DNA of 36,422 nucleotides from Hydrurus foetidus. Taxonomy: Eukaryota. Positions 23,351 to 34,737 of this stretch are shown in pieces. Made by a program: the position numbers and the translations under genes. How positions within the stretch are numbered: position 1 is the stretch's first letter; the number at the start of each line of letters is the position of its first letter. The notes beneath the pieces were generated by a model, which ran no database searches, had not been told where the DNA came from, and was given only the letters and a program-made list of their open reading frames with translations. The stretch lies in assembly GCA_900617105.1 (NCBI GenBank), contig UYFQ01000499.1:1-36422 (forward strand). The letters are read 5' to 3'.

Positions 23351-24211
23351 GCATTCAGATATCTTATGTCCATCATTTGATAGCCATCAGACGCGTCTTC
23401 TTTCACAGATGAAGTGGTTTTTCTCCAGTCACATTCGAAGTAAGTTTTCTCCGGTGCAGTGTACGTTCATCACTACAATATGTTCATGAAACCACCCTTG
23501 GAGAGGACATTTTATTCGGCACCCATTTACGGACATACTAAATCAATTGAAGATATACTTTAAAACTGAAAAAAACACTTAAAGGTGTGTAAAAATACTA
23601 AAACATGTAATGTTCTACTACAAGATTTGTATAGTCAAATGTGTGTAACTTCTACTATTTCAATAAAAGCTGTACTAAAAACAACGAAATGATACTATTT
23701 AGATAGACCATTGTACTAATACCTGTGAGTCCGTTGTTGGTCTACCAAACGATAGATATCATCCGAGTTTATTTCGTGTGCAGCCAATCAAGGCTACGTC
23801 AACAAATCAAGGCTTTTCTAACCCTATATCTACTGATAGCTGTAGCCATCTACTCATTTATTAACCCTAACCCTGACCGCCCCCGAGCCATTCTAATCCT
23901 AACTGAAACCAGAAGAAAAACGACATGACTTCTACGTGATAGCCCGAAGTTACTATTATGAAATTCCAAAAAAAAAGTAGAAATAAAAGTGCAGCATCAT
24001 GAATTCAGTATTGCGCACCAATTAAAGTACGACTTCCATGAAATAGTAGGTCGATCTTTACTTTAGGGTATAAAATCCATATTTTAGTACAGCTGTGTTT
24101 TGGTAAATTTTTCAAGATTTTGGTACAGAATCTATGTTATAGTATTTATTACCAGATTTTAGTATGCCCATATATTTGCCCGATTTTATTCTGCTGTCGT
24201 ACGGCTGGTTC

Positions 24212-24473
24212 TGTTGATAGCGCACGTACAACATAGTTAACACGCACCGTACGCAGCGTACACACCAGGGCGCACGTACAACACATGTAACACACATTGT
24301 ACGTAGCGTACATACACTACACATCGTACGCAACTATCATTTTCAAACACTGTCAATTGCAGCAACAGTTAGCCATGCGTATTGACTTCCATCCCGCATA
24401 ATTTAATTCCAACACCTGTGAAACACGTACATTCGTTTCACCTTTGGTGCGCAATTTAATCTGCGGATCAACA
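24212..24473 (+). repeat. 5' LTR of the young Copia
   Basis: Direct repeat of 29578-29839. Confidence 0.97.
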
Positions 24474-24484
24474 GTTGGAATTAA
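24474..24484 (+). promoter_or_regulatory. PBS-position 11-mer GTTGGAATTAA complementary to LTR 24403-24413
   Basis: Exact reverse complement of TTAATTCCAAC inside the LTR; abuts the LTR end. Confidence 0.75.
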
Positions 24485-24491
24485 CCTCATC

Positions 24492-25586
24492 ATGGCCACT
24501 TTTCCGGTGACTTTAATGGATCAACCTCGACAAAATTTTCGGTCATTTTATCGGGCAGCAGTCGCCTCCTATGGTGCTGCGTGCACCACAGTCCACCAGC
24601 ACGGCCTGCTTGGATTTATCTTAAATGATGCACAATGGGAACAACTTCCCGGAAATCTCGTTCCCAACGCCGATCCTGAACTACCAAACGAAGTCGTGCC
24701 TCGCCCTACCATCATTCTTCCCGTCACGCCGGCTGCCAACGCCACTGCCCTCACCATCAAAGTCTGGGAGAAGCGCCTCGCAGAAAATGTTCTAGTGACC
24801 GATAGCCTAAGATCTCTCAAAGCACAACTTATCGCCAGCGTCCAACCAGCTGATATCGTCATTCTACACGACCCATTTTTTGGTCTCCTCAATGTGCCGG
24901 CATTGACAATAATGATACACCTTACAGAACTCCACGGCACGTTGAACAGCACCGACTTCGCCCACCTTCGCTCTCAACTGTCACTCCCGATGACACCCCA
25001 CGCATCTCTCCAGGATTTTATCGGGACACACCAGTTACTTCACGATCAATTCTCAGAAGCTCAGCAACCCCTGTCCGAACTTGACAAGTGTCATCACTTT
25101 CGCGAAGCAGTTAAAACGCTTGCACACATCAATCATGCAATCGACTCCTACTTAGTCGCTCATCCCCTAGTGGGGGGACAAAACTTCAGAGCGCTCACCG
25201 CACACACGCTCCAATAAGCACCCAACTTCACTCCAACAGCTGCAGCGATGGGTTACGCAGCGACCATCACCCAAAATCACAGCACAATTCTCGACGTTGA
25301 CAACGTGTCCGCACTACTGCACACACCAGCATTCGCCGCTCTCATCACAGCCGCCGTAAAGGCGGCCACTCCGGTTAATCCTCGCGGCCAACGCACCCGC
25401 ACCCCGGCTGCGAAACGTCCCCCGGCTGCTGCCCCCCAAAAAGACAGACTGTATTGTTTCCACCACGGGTATGACAGTCATCGCGGTTCCGACTGTAGAC
25501 ACATGTTCACGAATGACTTCGCCGCTGATCAACGCGCCACTACAAATCACAATACTATATCCGGTGCGTCCACCGCTCGATTCTGA
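24492..25586 (+). CDS. gag: Copia gag with one internal in-frame TAA (25215-25217)
   Basis: ORFs 24492-25217 and 25218-25586 share a frame; C-terminal knuckle YCFHHGYDSHRGSDC (CHHC type). Confidence 0.85.
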
Positions 25587-28500
25587 CGGTTAGGGGCGGC
25601 GCAAGAGCTTTTCTGTTATCTTCCTGCACGGTGTAACTTAACTCAAACAACCTCTTCAGTCGTCCCCCCTTCCCTTTGTGCCGACACTGGATCCACGCAC
25701 ACGTTGCTCCGTGCATCAGATGCCCCATATATCAATAGCATCGAAACAAGTCTTCATGTGCTCCTCCCCAACGGCGCTACTATCTCATCTATCGGTGCTT
25801 GCAACCTCGATTTTCCAAACCTCCCGCACACTGTGCCGTGTCACATCTTTCCAAATGACGTTCTCAATACTTCCCTATTATCCATATCGCAACTTTGTAA
25901 AATGGGATGTGTCGCTACTTTCTCGGCCTCCGATGCCTCAATCACATTCAGCAACCGCCCCGTACTACGTGGCCTCAAATCGCCCGACGACAACCTATGG
26001 ACTCTACCTTTTCTAGCCTTCAACACTGCACTCCTTCCCACAGTACGTGCTGCGTACGCACTGTCATCAGATGCCTCGTTTGTAAAATTCACGCACGCTT
26101 CACTTGGTAGCCCCTCACTCACTACCTTGACGAAAGCTGTTCGTCGTGGCTATCTTCACTCGTACCCGCGACTCACATCACTCATGTTAAATGCTCATCC
26201 GCCAATTAGCATCGCCACAGCTCAGGGACATTTGGATCAACATCGCCAAGGTCAAAATTCAACTCAGATTCCTGTCACCATCTTTGACACAAACGACACC
26301 GATGAGGATCTCGTGCCAGCTGACGCTCCCACACAGCTCACCGCTTACACACGAGTTGTCCTTCTGTCCGATACTTTACATTCCGACCTCACCGGTCGGT
26401 TTCCGGTAACATCACACAATGGTGCTCAATACATATTTGTGTCAGTCTTAGACGGTTACATCCATGTTGAAACAATGAGAACAAGGCATCATACAGAGTA
26501 CGTTACAGCCTACAAAAAGACGCTAAACTTTTTCGCTCAGCGTGGCCGCCGGCCCGCCTTTCAACGCTTGGACAACGAGACATCCGGTCCTTTAGAAGCA
26601 TTCGCAACTGCCAACAACATCAGCATACAGTATTGCCCGCCGCACACACACCGCTCACTCAAAGCCGAACGAGCAATTCGCACTTTCAAAAACCACTTCA
26701 TAGCCACTCTGGGCACAGTAGCTTCAGAGTTCCCCATGACGCTTTGGGATGAACTGCTGCCGCAGGCCGAGCTTTGCCTGAATCATCTGCTGCCCTACAG
26801 TCCCAACCCCGCTGTATCAGCGTATGCTGGAATCCACGGCGGTGCGCTAGACTTCACTCGACATCCCATCGCTCCAGCCGGAACTCGTATCCTTATCCAC
26901 GACAAACCCACTGTTCGATCCTCCTGGGCACCGCATGGAGTCCCAGGATACTACCTCGGCCCCGCGCTGCAGCACTATCGGTCCTACCGGGTTTGGTCAT
27001 CCACTTCCAAAGCAACCCGCATCTCCGATACTTTAGCGTGGTTTCCTAGCGGGTTTACAGTCCCCGGACCAAGCCCACACGATAACCTTCTCGCCGCAGC
27101 TATAACGCTGAAGAAAACACTCACAGAATTTAATTCATTGCCTACACAATTTCGTACCAATTCGCAACCCGGAGTTTCCGTCATAGCATCCGTCATTACC
27201 GATTTGGCCGGGATCTTGGGTACAGACCCGGCCGGAACTGTGGGTACCGATCCGGATACCGTAAGTACACCCGCACCAACGCTAGCTCTCCCTGCGCCAA
27301 CGTATTACATCACACTCATAGCACCTTCAGTCGCTGCTATCCCTCTTCCTTTGCCGGACTCTCGCCAAGAACAGAGGGTGGTCCCCAATATAAGCACTAC
27401 CGATCTACCTCCTTTATCCCCTCCGTTTGCAGAACACGAAGTGCCTCAACCTCTTGTGTCCCCATCAGTCCAGATACCAGCCGGTCCACACCAACATCTG
27501 AACACTTCCACCCAATATGACTCTCCCAACATTCGCATCACAAGCCATCATCCACGACGACCATCGGTACCGCTCCCACCTCAGATCTACAGAAATGCTA
27601 CCCACCCACCTCAGTTCGCAGCTGCCCTTACCACGCTTAATCTTGACGACCACGGCCAACCGTTACGTTACTCAACCGCCAAAGCAGGGTCCAATGCACT
27701 ACTGTGGCAACAAGCCGAATCCGAAGAGCTCGACAGACTTCTTGCAACTGAAACGATTCGGCCCATTTTCCTGGCTCAGCAACCTATTGATCGCAGACGG
27801 GATACAACTTATTACAACCCTCAGACAAAAGAAAAGCAAAATGCTTCAGGTGAAAGAACATACCGCATCCGTGGCACCATCGGTGGCGATCGTATCCATT
27901 ATCCCGGCCCGACAACTGCTCGAACCGCTGCAATGCCCCTGGTAAAAATCCTTCTTCAATCAGTCATATCCGACGGAAGCAAATGGCTCACCATTGATAT
28001 CAAAGATTATTACCTAAACACGCCACTTCCTCGCCCTGAGTACCTGCGCATCGCGTCAAAATTTCTCCCGTCTACAGTAATTCATCAACACGACCTTCAG
28101 CAATTTTTTCATAATAATGCTATCCTCTTCCAAGTCAACAAAGGTATGTATGGGCTCCCCCAGGCAGGACTCCTCGCACAACAAAGACTCATCACTCACC
28201 TGGCATCCGAAGGCTATCATCAAACCGATACTATTTGTCTCTTTCGCCATGTGACTAATGGAACGGTGTTTTCGCTTGTCGTCGATGACTTTGGAGTCAA
28301 ATACACAAATATGGACGGCGTCAACCACTTAATTCAAACGCTCCAAGCCTTATACACCATCACCGTTGACTGGACAGGTTCCAAGTATCTCGGTTTCTCG
28401 ATTGACTTTGATCAACGTCATCGTACTGTTACGCTCAGCATGCCAGGTTATATTGCTAAAGTGCTTCAGCGCTTCGCGCCATTACTCAAAATTGGAGCCA

Positions 28501-29414
28501 ATTCTCCAGCTGTATACATCCCACCCAAGTATGGCGTCGGACAACAGACACCACACATCGACACCAGTACACGTCTATCACCCGCAGAAACTACTACATT
28601 ACAAGAGATTGTTGGCTCCCTTCTCTATTACGCCAGAGGTGTAGATGTAATCATATTGCCGGCGGTAACACACCTGTCGTCCCTACAAGCGCAACCTACA
28701 CAAGACGTTCTCCAGGCCGCGCAACGCCTCTTAGCTTACTGCTCACGCTATCCCAACAATGGTCTCCGATACTATGCATGCGATATGATCTTACATATTC
28801 AGTCGGACGCTTCCTATCTCTCTCGTCCCGGAGCTCGTTCTGTAGCTGGAGCTCTCTTTTACCTGGGAAATATTGGTCAACCCACACACATCAATGGTTC
28901 TGTACACGCACTCAGTTCTATCATACCTGCTGTCGTGGCCTCTGTCGCTGAAGCTGAATATGCAGCTCTCTTTCACGCTGGCCAAGAGGGAATTTGGCTC
29001 CGGCATATTCTCCAATCGCTCGGATATCCTCAACCGTCAACAACCATTCTGTGCGATAACAAATGCGCTGAGGGAATCGCATTAGACACCATAAAGCCAA
29101 AACGCACCAAAAGCATCGACATGCGTTTCCACTGGATTCGTGATAGAATTCGTCAAGGACAATACACAGTCACATGGCGCAAAGGAGCCGACAATCTTGC
29201 TGATTTTTTCACAAAACCTCTGCCTGTTCACTTACATCAAAAGCTTATGCCGCTGCTCGTTCACATTCCTCCTGCCCAGTACGCCACAAACACCACAAGC
29301 TCAGCATCTCGTGCACTCACTCATCGAAACAAAAAGGCTTCAACCACCGAAACTCCCCCTAATTATACTGATTTGAAGGACGAGTTGGTGGGATTCACCT
29401 ACAGTGCTTCGTAG
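25587..29414 (+). CDS. pol: Copia pol (protease, integrase, RT, RNase H), open and in frame with gag after TGA
   Basis: LCADTGSTHT, HSDLTG, RLDNE, AERAI, RGTIGGDR, IDIKDYYL, KGMYGLPQAG, VVDDFG, QSDASYL, EAEY, CDN, ADFFTK; no stops from 25587 to 29411. Confidence 0.96.
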   Translation, partial: RLGAAQELFCYLPARCNLTQTTSSVVPPSLCADTGSTHTLLRASDAPYINSIETSLHVLLPNGATISSIGACNLDFPNLPHTVPCHIFPNDVLNTSLLSISQLCKMGCVATFSASDASITFSNRPVLRGLKSPDDNLWTLPFLAFNTALLPTVRAAYALSSDASFVKFTHASLGSPSLTTLTKAVRRGYLHSYPRLTSLMLNAHPPISIATAQGHLDQHRQGQNSTQIPVTIFDTNDTDEDLVPADAPTQLTAYTRVVLLSDTLHSDLTGRFPVTSHNGAQYIFVSVLDGYIHVETMRTRHHTEYVTAYKKTLNFFAQRGRRPAFQRLDNETSGPLEAFATANNISIQYCPPHTHRSLKAERAIRTFKNHFIATLGTVASEFPMTLWDELLPQAELCLNHLLPYSPNPAVSAYAGIHGGALDFTRHPIAPAGTRILIHDKPTVRSSWAPHGVPGYYLGPALQHYRSYRVWSSTSKATRISDTLAWFPSGFTVPGPSPHDNLLAAAITLKKTLTEFNSLPTQFRTNSQPGVSVIASVITDLAGILGTDPAGTVGTDPDTVSTPAPTLALPAPTYYITLIAPSVAAIPLPLPDSRQEQRVVPNISTTDLPPLSPPFAEHEVPQPLVSPSVQIPAGPHQHLNTSTQYDSPNIRITSHHPRRPSVPLPPQIYRNATHPPQFAAALTTLNLDDHGQPLRYSTAKAGSNALLWQQAESEELDRLLATETIRPIFLAQQPIDRRRDTTYYNPQTKEKQNASGERTYRIRGTIGGDRIHYPGPTTARTAAMPLVKILLQSVISDGSKWLTIDIKDYYLNTPLPRPEYLRIASKFLPSTVIHQHDLQQFFHNNAILFQVNKGMYGLPQAGLLAQQRLITHLASEGYHQTDTICLFRHVTNGTVFSLVVDDFGVKYTNMDGVNHLIQTLQALYTITVDWTGSKYLGFSIDFDQRHRTVTLSMPGYIAKVLQRFAPLLKIGANSPAVYIPPKYGVGQQTPHIDTSTRLSPAETTTLQEIVGSLLYYARGVDVIILPAVTHLSSLQAQPTQDVLQAAQRLLAYCSRYPNNGLRYYACDMILHIQSDASYLSRPGARSVAGALFYLGNIGQPTHINGSVHALSSIIPAVVASVAEAEYAALFHAGQEGIWLRHILQSLGYPQPSTTILCDNKCAEGIALDTIKPKRTKSIDMRFHWIRDRIRQGQYTVTWRKGADNLADFFTKPLPVHLHQKLMPLLVHIPPAQYATNTTSSASRALTHRNKKASTTETPPNYTDLKDELVGFTYSAS

Positions 29415-29577
29415 ACCGACACCCATACCACCGCCGGCGAGCACCCTTTCGGGGATCGAACCGACGGCCATTCGATTATGATTGATCATCACTGACCTAT
29501 CACGTCACAACTCTGTCTTTTTGTCCTGAAAATACGAATACATATCTGTTCAAGCATGCACCATGTTTGAGAGGGTG

Positions 29578-29839
29578 TGTTGATAGCGCACGTACAACAT
29601 AGTTAACACGCACCGTACGCAGCGTACACACCAGGGCGCACGTACAACACATGTAACACACATTGTACGTAGCGTACATACACTACACATCGTACGCAAC
29701 TATCATTTTCAAACACTGTCAATTGCAGCAACAGTTAGCCATGCGTATTGACTTCCATCCCGCATAATTTAATTCCAACACCTGTGAAACACGTACATTC
29801 GTTTCACCTTTGGTGCGCAATTTAATCTGCGGATCAACA
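29578..29839 (+). repeat. 3' LTR of the young Copia
   Basis: Direct repeat of 24212-24473, followed by TSD GGTTC. Confidence 0.97.
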
Positions 29840-29940
29840 GGTTCTTATGTATGTTGGATATTGCGTGCATAGGGCTGATGTTAGTAGAGAGGTGTACTTA
29901 CGTACGTTACTTTCAGGCCTGAATGTAACGCACTACACTT

Positions 29941-30162
29941 CTGCGTAGGCCAATACGCGCTCCACTGTCTGCATATATAATGTATACACTCATACGCAAT
30001 TTTACAGTTAATTCTGTGTATATACGCAACATACGCAAACACCCTTGGGGGGGGTCCATTTTGGGGGTCTGCGTATTGGGGGGGTCTGCGTATGTACGCA
30101 GCTCAAATACGCACTTTTGGCCGTTGCGTATATATCTGCGTATTGCGTATGGGCCTACGCAG
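29941..30162. mobile_element. 222-bp MITE with 8-bp TSD
   Basis: 18-bp TIRs CTGCGTAGGCCAATACGC / GCGTATGGGCCTACGCAG (1 mismatch); TSD CTACACTT at 29933-29940 and 30163-30170; internal ATACGCA/TGCGTAT repeats. Confidence 0.88.
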
Positions 30163-30214
30163 CTACACTTTGAATGTGTGATTCGATATGCGTATATATA
30201 TACAAGTTAGTTAG

Positions 30215-33200
30215 TGTTGCGAACACTAAGCTTCGTGCACGGTGAACAGGGACGCCGTGCACAAGTTTTAATATCAAGTACTTGACTATCACATAGTTAT
30301 TTTACGAGCCTCAGAACGTTCCCGTAAGCTTCACAGCTACCTGAACCGTGGATTTCTGACATATTAAAACTAGAGGACAGCAAAGTGTTGCCGCCCAAAC
30401 GCGCAGCGGAAGCAAAAGATTCAACACCGGAATGCATGCTCTGCATAGGAAAATTCAACAACATCGTAGCGTGGAATCTCGAAATGAGCACTTCAGTGGG
30501 CGCCGTGTATGGACTCACTGCCAATTTCCTGCTGACGAACATCAGATATGTACCACCACTGCCTCGCAACGAGGATTTCACAGTAGTGTACCCGGTACCT
30601 GCGGAGGGGGAACGAGACGCTGTGGCGATCACCGCAGCACTTACTGCAAAACCCGCATGAAGTCAATCATACAAGCGAGGGAAGACGAGGCCAAAATCTG
30701 GTCTCTAATGTGGCACAAAATGTCACCCGCGTCGCGCTGCAAATTACAGGAACAAGCCGAATATACGGCAGCGCACGTCAGGAAGGACTGCGTCGTCCTG
30801 TGGGATCTCATCAGACGCACTCACCTAACACACATAAACGGCGAAGGAGATCACCTACAACTGCTCAATGTGAAAGAGCAGGAGTGCCGATACGAGGTCC
30901 TCAAGCAAGGTGAAAGAGAACATCTAGCTAACTTCATGACTAGATTTGAAGCGCAGGTCCTGGCTTGCAGAAGTGCCGGGGTACCAGAAAACGCGCGATG
31001 GACTTCGTATACAAGCTGGACAAGGCGAGATACGGCGGCATGGTGGGAGATATGCGCAACGCTGCCAACAGACTGGAACCAAACGCATACCCACCGACGG
31101 TCATCGCCGCTGTCCGAATTGCAACCGGATACGTGACGAATGACCCAGGGTTCTCACGGCCACCCGGTACAGATACCGATACCCACACTGCTCTGGTAAC
31201 AGACACAGACCCAACCGGCAAGGCCGACGACGTTAAACAAGCCAGGAAAGGAAAACCCGGCACGAAGAAGAAAGGCAAGTCCACTGTGGAATGCTTCGTG
31301 TGTGGCAAGATGGGCCACTACGCCAGGGACTCTGACATTTGGGCCGTCCGACAGCGACGATGGGGAAGAGGATCTCGAGGAAGAGGATGTGGCCTACGTT
31401 ACAACCTTAGAGAGGGTGCTGTTCACACGGGACGACGTACTCCTGGACAGTCAGGCGTCGGTGGACGTATTCTGCAACCGAGAATTGCTAAACAACGTGA
31501 GACAGTCAGAGACGAGAGTTGTGCTGAACGGGGTTCAAGCCAAAGCGTCTGGAGTTTCTATAGATCAATAAGGGGATATCCTAGACGTGGGGAAATGCTA
31601 TTTCAGCAAGGAGGCGACAGCGAATATTTTATCATACGCTGTAATGGTAGACGCAGGCAATGACGTGAGTTACGACAAGGTTAACGACCGATTCATACTC
31701 AAGCCGGCTGGGAGCCGGAGAGTGTACTCGTTCTGCAGGAAGAAAGTCAGTGGAAGCGAAGGAAGGTTTTACTGTTGTCATGTGAAGACAATGGTACAGG
31801 AAGAGCCTACGTCGTATCCGGAATCAACAGATCATGCGATGATAGAAATCGTTGAAACAATCTGATGAAATACACCAAGCGTGAGATCGCTGGTGCAGAC
31901 AGGGCGCGGCTGCTGCTGGCGAAGATGGGTTTCCCATCTGTGAGAAACGCGATCGACATTGCAACTTCGACGTGACAGCTAGGGATTTCTCTATAGCTGA
32001 GGATATCTATGGGAAGGATATTGCGACGATGAAGGGTAAAACAAAGAAGCGAGTGTCCATATGTGCAGACATAACTGTGGGTGCCGCTGTGGTGCAAGTG
32101 GAACAAGTTCTGTCAATAGACGTGATGTTTGTGGACGGCGTGCCGTCTCTAATAGGACTGGCAACGCCGCTGGACCTAACCATGGCGGTGACCCTGTCAG
32201 CATTCGACTCTGCTCAGGGCCCGAGGTCAGCGGCCGTCGTTAAGAAGGGAATAGACGGATTCGTTGCAACGCTCGCATCGAGAAACTTCATCACGAGGAT
32301 GATAATGAGTGACGGTGAGGATGCAGTGGGTAAGATCAAGGAGGATCTCAACATGCTGGGTATTGAAGTCGACATCTCTGGGGCAGGAGGTCATGTGGCG
32401 AGAATAGAACGGAAGATACAGACGGTAAAGGAACGGCTGCGAGCGTACATTGCTCACCAACTACCATTCACTCTAACATATCTGGGCGTGGCAATGTTAG
32501 TACTATTTTGCGTTTCTAGGTTGAACTATCAAGTTTCATCGGTCAGCGGGTAATGTTCTCCGGGAGACAGACGGACGGGAAGATGGATTTCAGAGCAGGA
32601 TTCGGGGAATACGCGCAATGCACCGTGCCGAACACCAACAACACCATGGAACCGAGGACTGAAGACTGCATCGTTATGCTGCCGACAGGAAACAGAACAG
32701 GATCGGTCAAGATGATGTCGATCAGTACCGGTAAGTTGATCACAAGAGATCAATTTAAAATACTACCGATGTCGTCTTATGTTATCACAAAGCTGAACGA
32801 GATGGCGATGGCGGAGGGAAAGAAACTACTCCGGAGATCCAAGTTGGTGTACGAAGTCGAAAGAGGGTTGCAAATGACTGAAGAACCCACGTACCTACGG
32901 CCGACCCAAGATCCTGCGGCCAACCTGGACCCTGTAGTCACAGCCAACCCCTACACCCAGCTAGATCTGGATGACGGCGAGAGAGAGGAGTACCAATTCG
33001 ACCCCGCGATGGTGAATGACATCATGGGATACCCTGAAGACTACGATGAGCCGATCGTGCAGGGTGGGGAACTCAATATGGAAGACTTGGATGTTAAGGA
33101 GCTCCAGGAGTTCGGACCGGGTACACCCGGAGTATACCATCATCCCGACGCGGCGGTACCGGTCACTCCACCAGGGAATACACAAACACCTATATACACG

Positions 33201-34737
33201 GCTGTGTCGACGGGATTTGACATGGGAGCGGGAGGAACCCTCGCACAAACATACGGTGACCACGACGTGGCGCTGTACGCTGATCGTACGTACCAGAGTG
33301 GAGGCGTGTCGGAGGAACGTGCGATGAACATCACGGTGAAAGAAGCACTTAAGAGTTGGGGTGACGAAGCTAAGAGGGTGATCAAGAAGGAATTGAAGCA
33401 AATGATCGACAAAAGAGTATGGACTCCGGTGCGCGTGTCGTCGTTGAGTACAGCTGAGAAGAAGAGCATCATCCGATCGCAGATGTTCCTTAAAGAGAAG
33501 TACCTCCCCACGGGGAAGTTCGAGAAGCTCAAAGCTAGACTGGTGGCTGGGGGCAACCAACAGGACAAGGATCTGTATGATGACATTTCCTCGCCTACAG
33601 TGTCGACTAGTGCGGTCATGACAGTAGTCGCAGTAGCGGCGTTTGAGAATTGGAAAGGCAGCGTGATGGACATCGGGGGTGCATTCCTAAATGCAACGAT
33701 GGGAAAGGTAACTGAGCATATGCGACTAGACCCGACAATGTCAGCCATGTTGGTTGAGCTAGACGGAACGTACGGCACGTACACGGACAGCAGAGGATGT
33801 ACGGTGGTACGGCTTGAGAAAGCCCTGTACGGGTGTGTGGAGTCCGCAGCACTGTGGTATAATAATCTATCTGCATCGTTCATGGATGCCGGTTATAAGA
33901 AGAACCAATACGAGATATGTGTATACAATAAGAGGAACGTGAATGGAGTGCAATGTACAGTGGCTGTACACGTTGACGACCTCATCATCACAAGTAAAAG
34001 CGAAGAGATGATCGCGGACCTAAAGGGATTCATAAAGAATAGGTATGGGGAAATAACGTCTGCAGACGGACCCGTGCTGAATTATCTTGGTATGGTATTT
34101 GATCTATCTATTCGAGGCCAAGTTAAAATGACTATGCAGGGATACGTCGAGGACACCGTAGCGTACAGCGGGATCGTTGGCCACTCCAGGAGCCCTGCCA
34201 CCAGTGGACTGTTCGACACCAGAGATGGTGCGGTACTGGCGTCAGAGACGCAGAGATCATGGTTCCATAGTGTGGTGGCCAAACTAGCGTATCTGGCGAA
34301 GCGTGTGAGACCTGAGTGCCTTACCGCTGTGGCGTTCCTTGCGACACGGGTGACGAAATGCACCGTCCACGACGTCGAGAAGCTGAAGTGGGTAGTACAA
34401 TACATCGCGTACACGAGGGAGCGAGGAGTGATCCTGAGACTGGAAAAATTGGGGGTGTGCGTACGGTTGTACGTGGACGCCGCATACGGGGTGCACGGTG
34501 ACGGCAAGTCGCACACAGGGAGCTGTGTCGTGATAGGAGACGTCGGAGCTGTCCACTGCAAATCATGCAAGCAGAGCATTGTGACCAAATCAAGCACAGA
34601 AGCGGACCTGATCGCGCTATCGGACTCGGCGGATCAAGGGCTGTACATCCGGAACTTCCTGCTGGCACAGGGGCACAGGGTACCGCCAGTTACGGTATAC
34701 CAGGATAACACGATGGAGAGAGGGAGATCTGGAGCAG
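30215..34737 (+). mobile_element. Second Copia lineage, decayed, interrupted in RNase H by element C
   Basis: Putative LTR from TGTTG at 30215 (possible end CAACA 30426; no second copy in the window); coding remnants 30385-34737. Confidence 0.9.
30385..34737 (+). pseudogene. gag-pol remnant of the second Copia with several frameshifts and stops
   Basis: CFVCGKMGHYARD knuckle, LLDSQAS protease, IDVMFVDG/SDGE/IERKI integrase, KARLVAGG/DIGGAFL/KALYG/VHVDD RT, YVDAAYG/SSTEAD/YQDN RNase H. Confidence 0.92.

Larger units (their letters stand above)
24212..29839 (+). mobile_element. Ty1/Copia LTR retrotransposon (CoDi-like), young and full-length
   Basis: 262-bp LTRs (24212-24473, 29578-29839; TGTTG...CAACA) that look identical, 5-bp TSD GGTTC (24207-24211, 29840-29844), PPT GAGAGGGTG (29569-29577), PR-IN-RT-RH order. 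Confidence 0.98.

Noticed and set aside
29441..29520. Complete tRNA gene
   Set aside because: No D arm, no 5' anticodon stem strand and no acceptor pairing.
30427..30437. Self-priming PBS in the second Copia (CCGGAATGC vs ACGTTCCCG in its LTR)
   Set aside because: Only 7 of 9 pairs with an internal mismatch, and the LTR end cannot be confirmed without the second LTR.
32961..34668. Long minus-strand ORFs over the second Copia pol (also 3799-4374, 16531-16992)
   Set aside because: Antisense shadows of real coding sequence with no motifs of their own.
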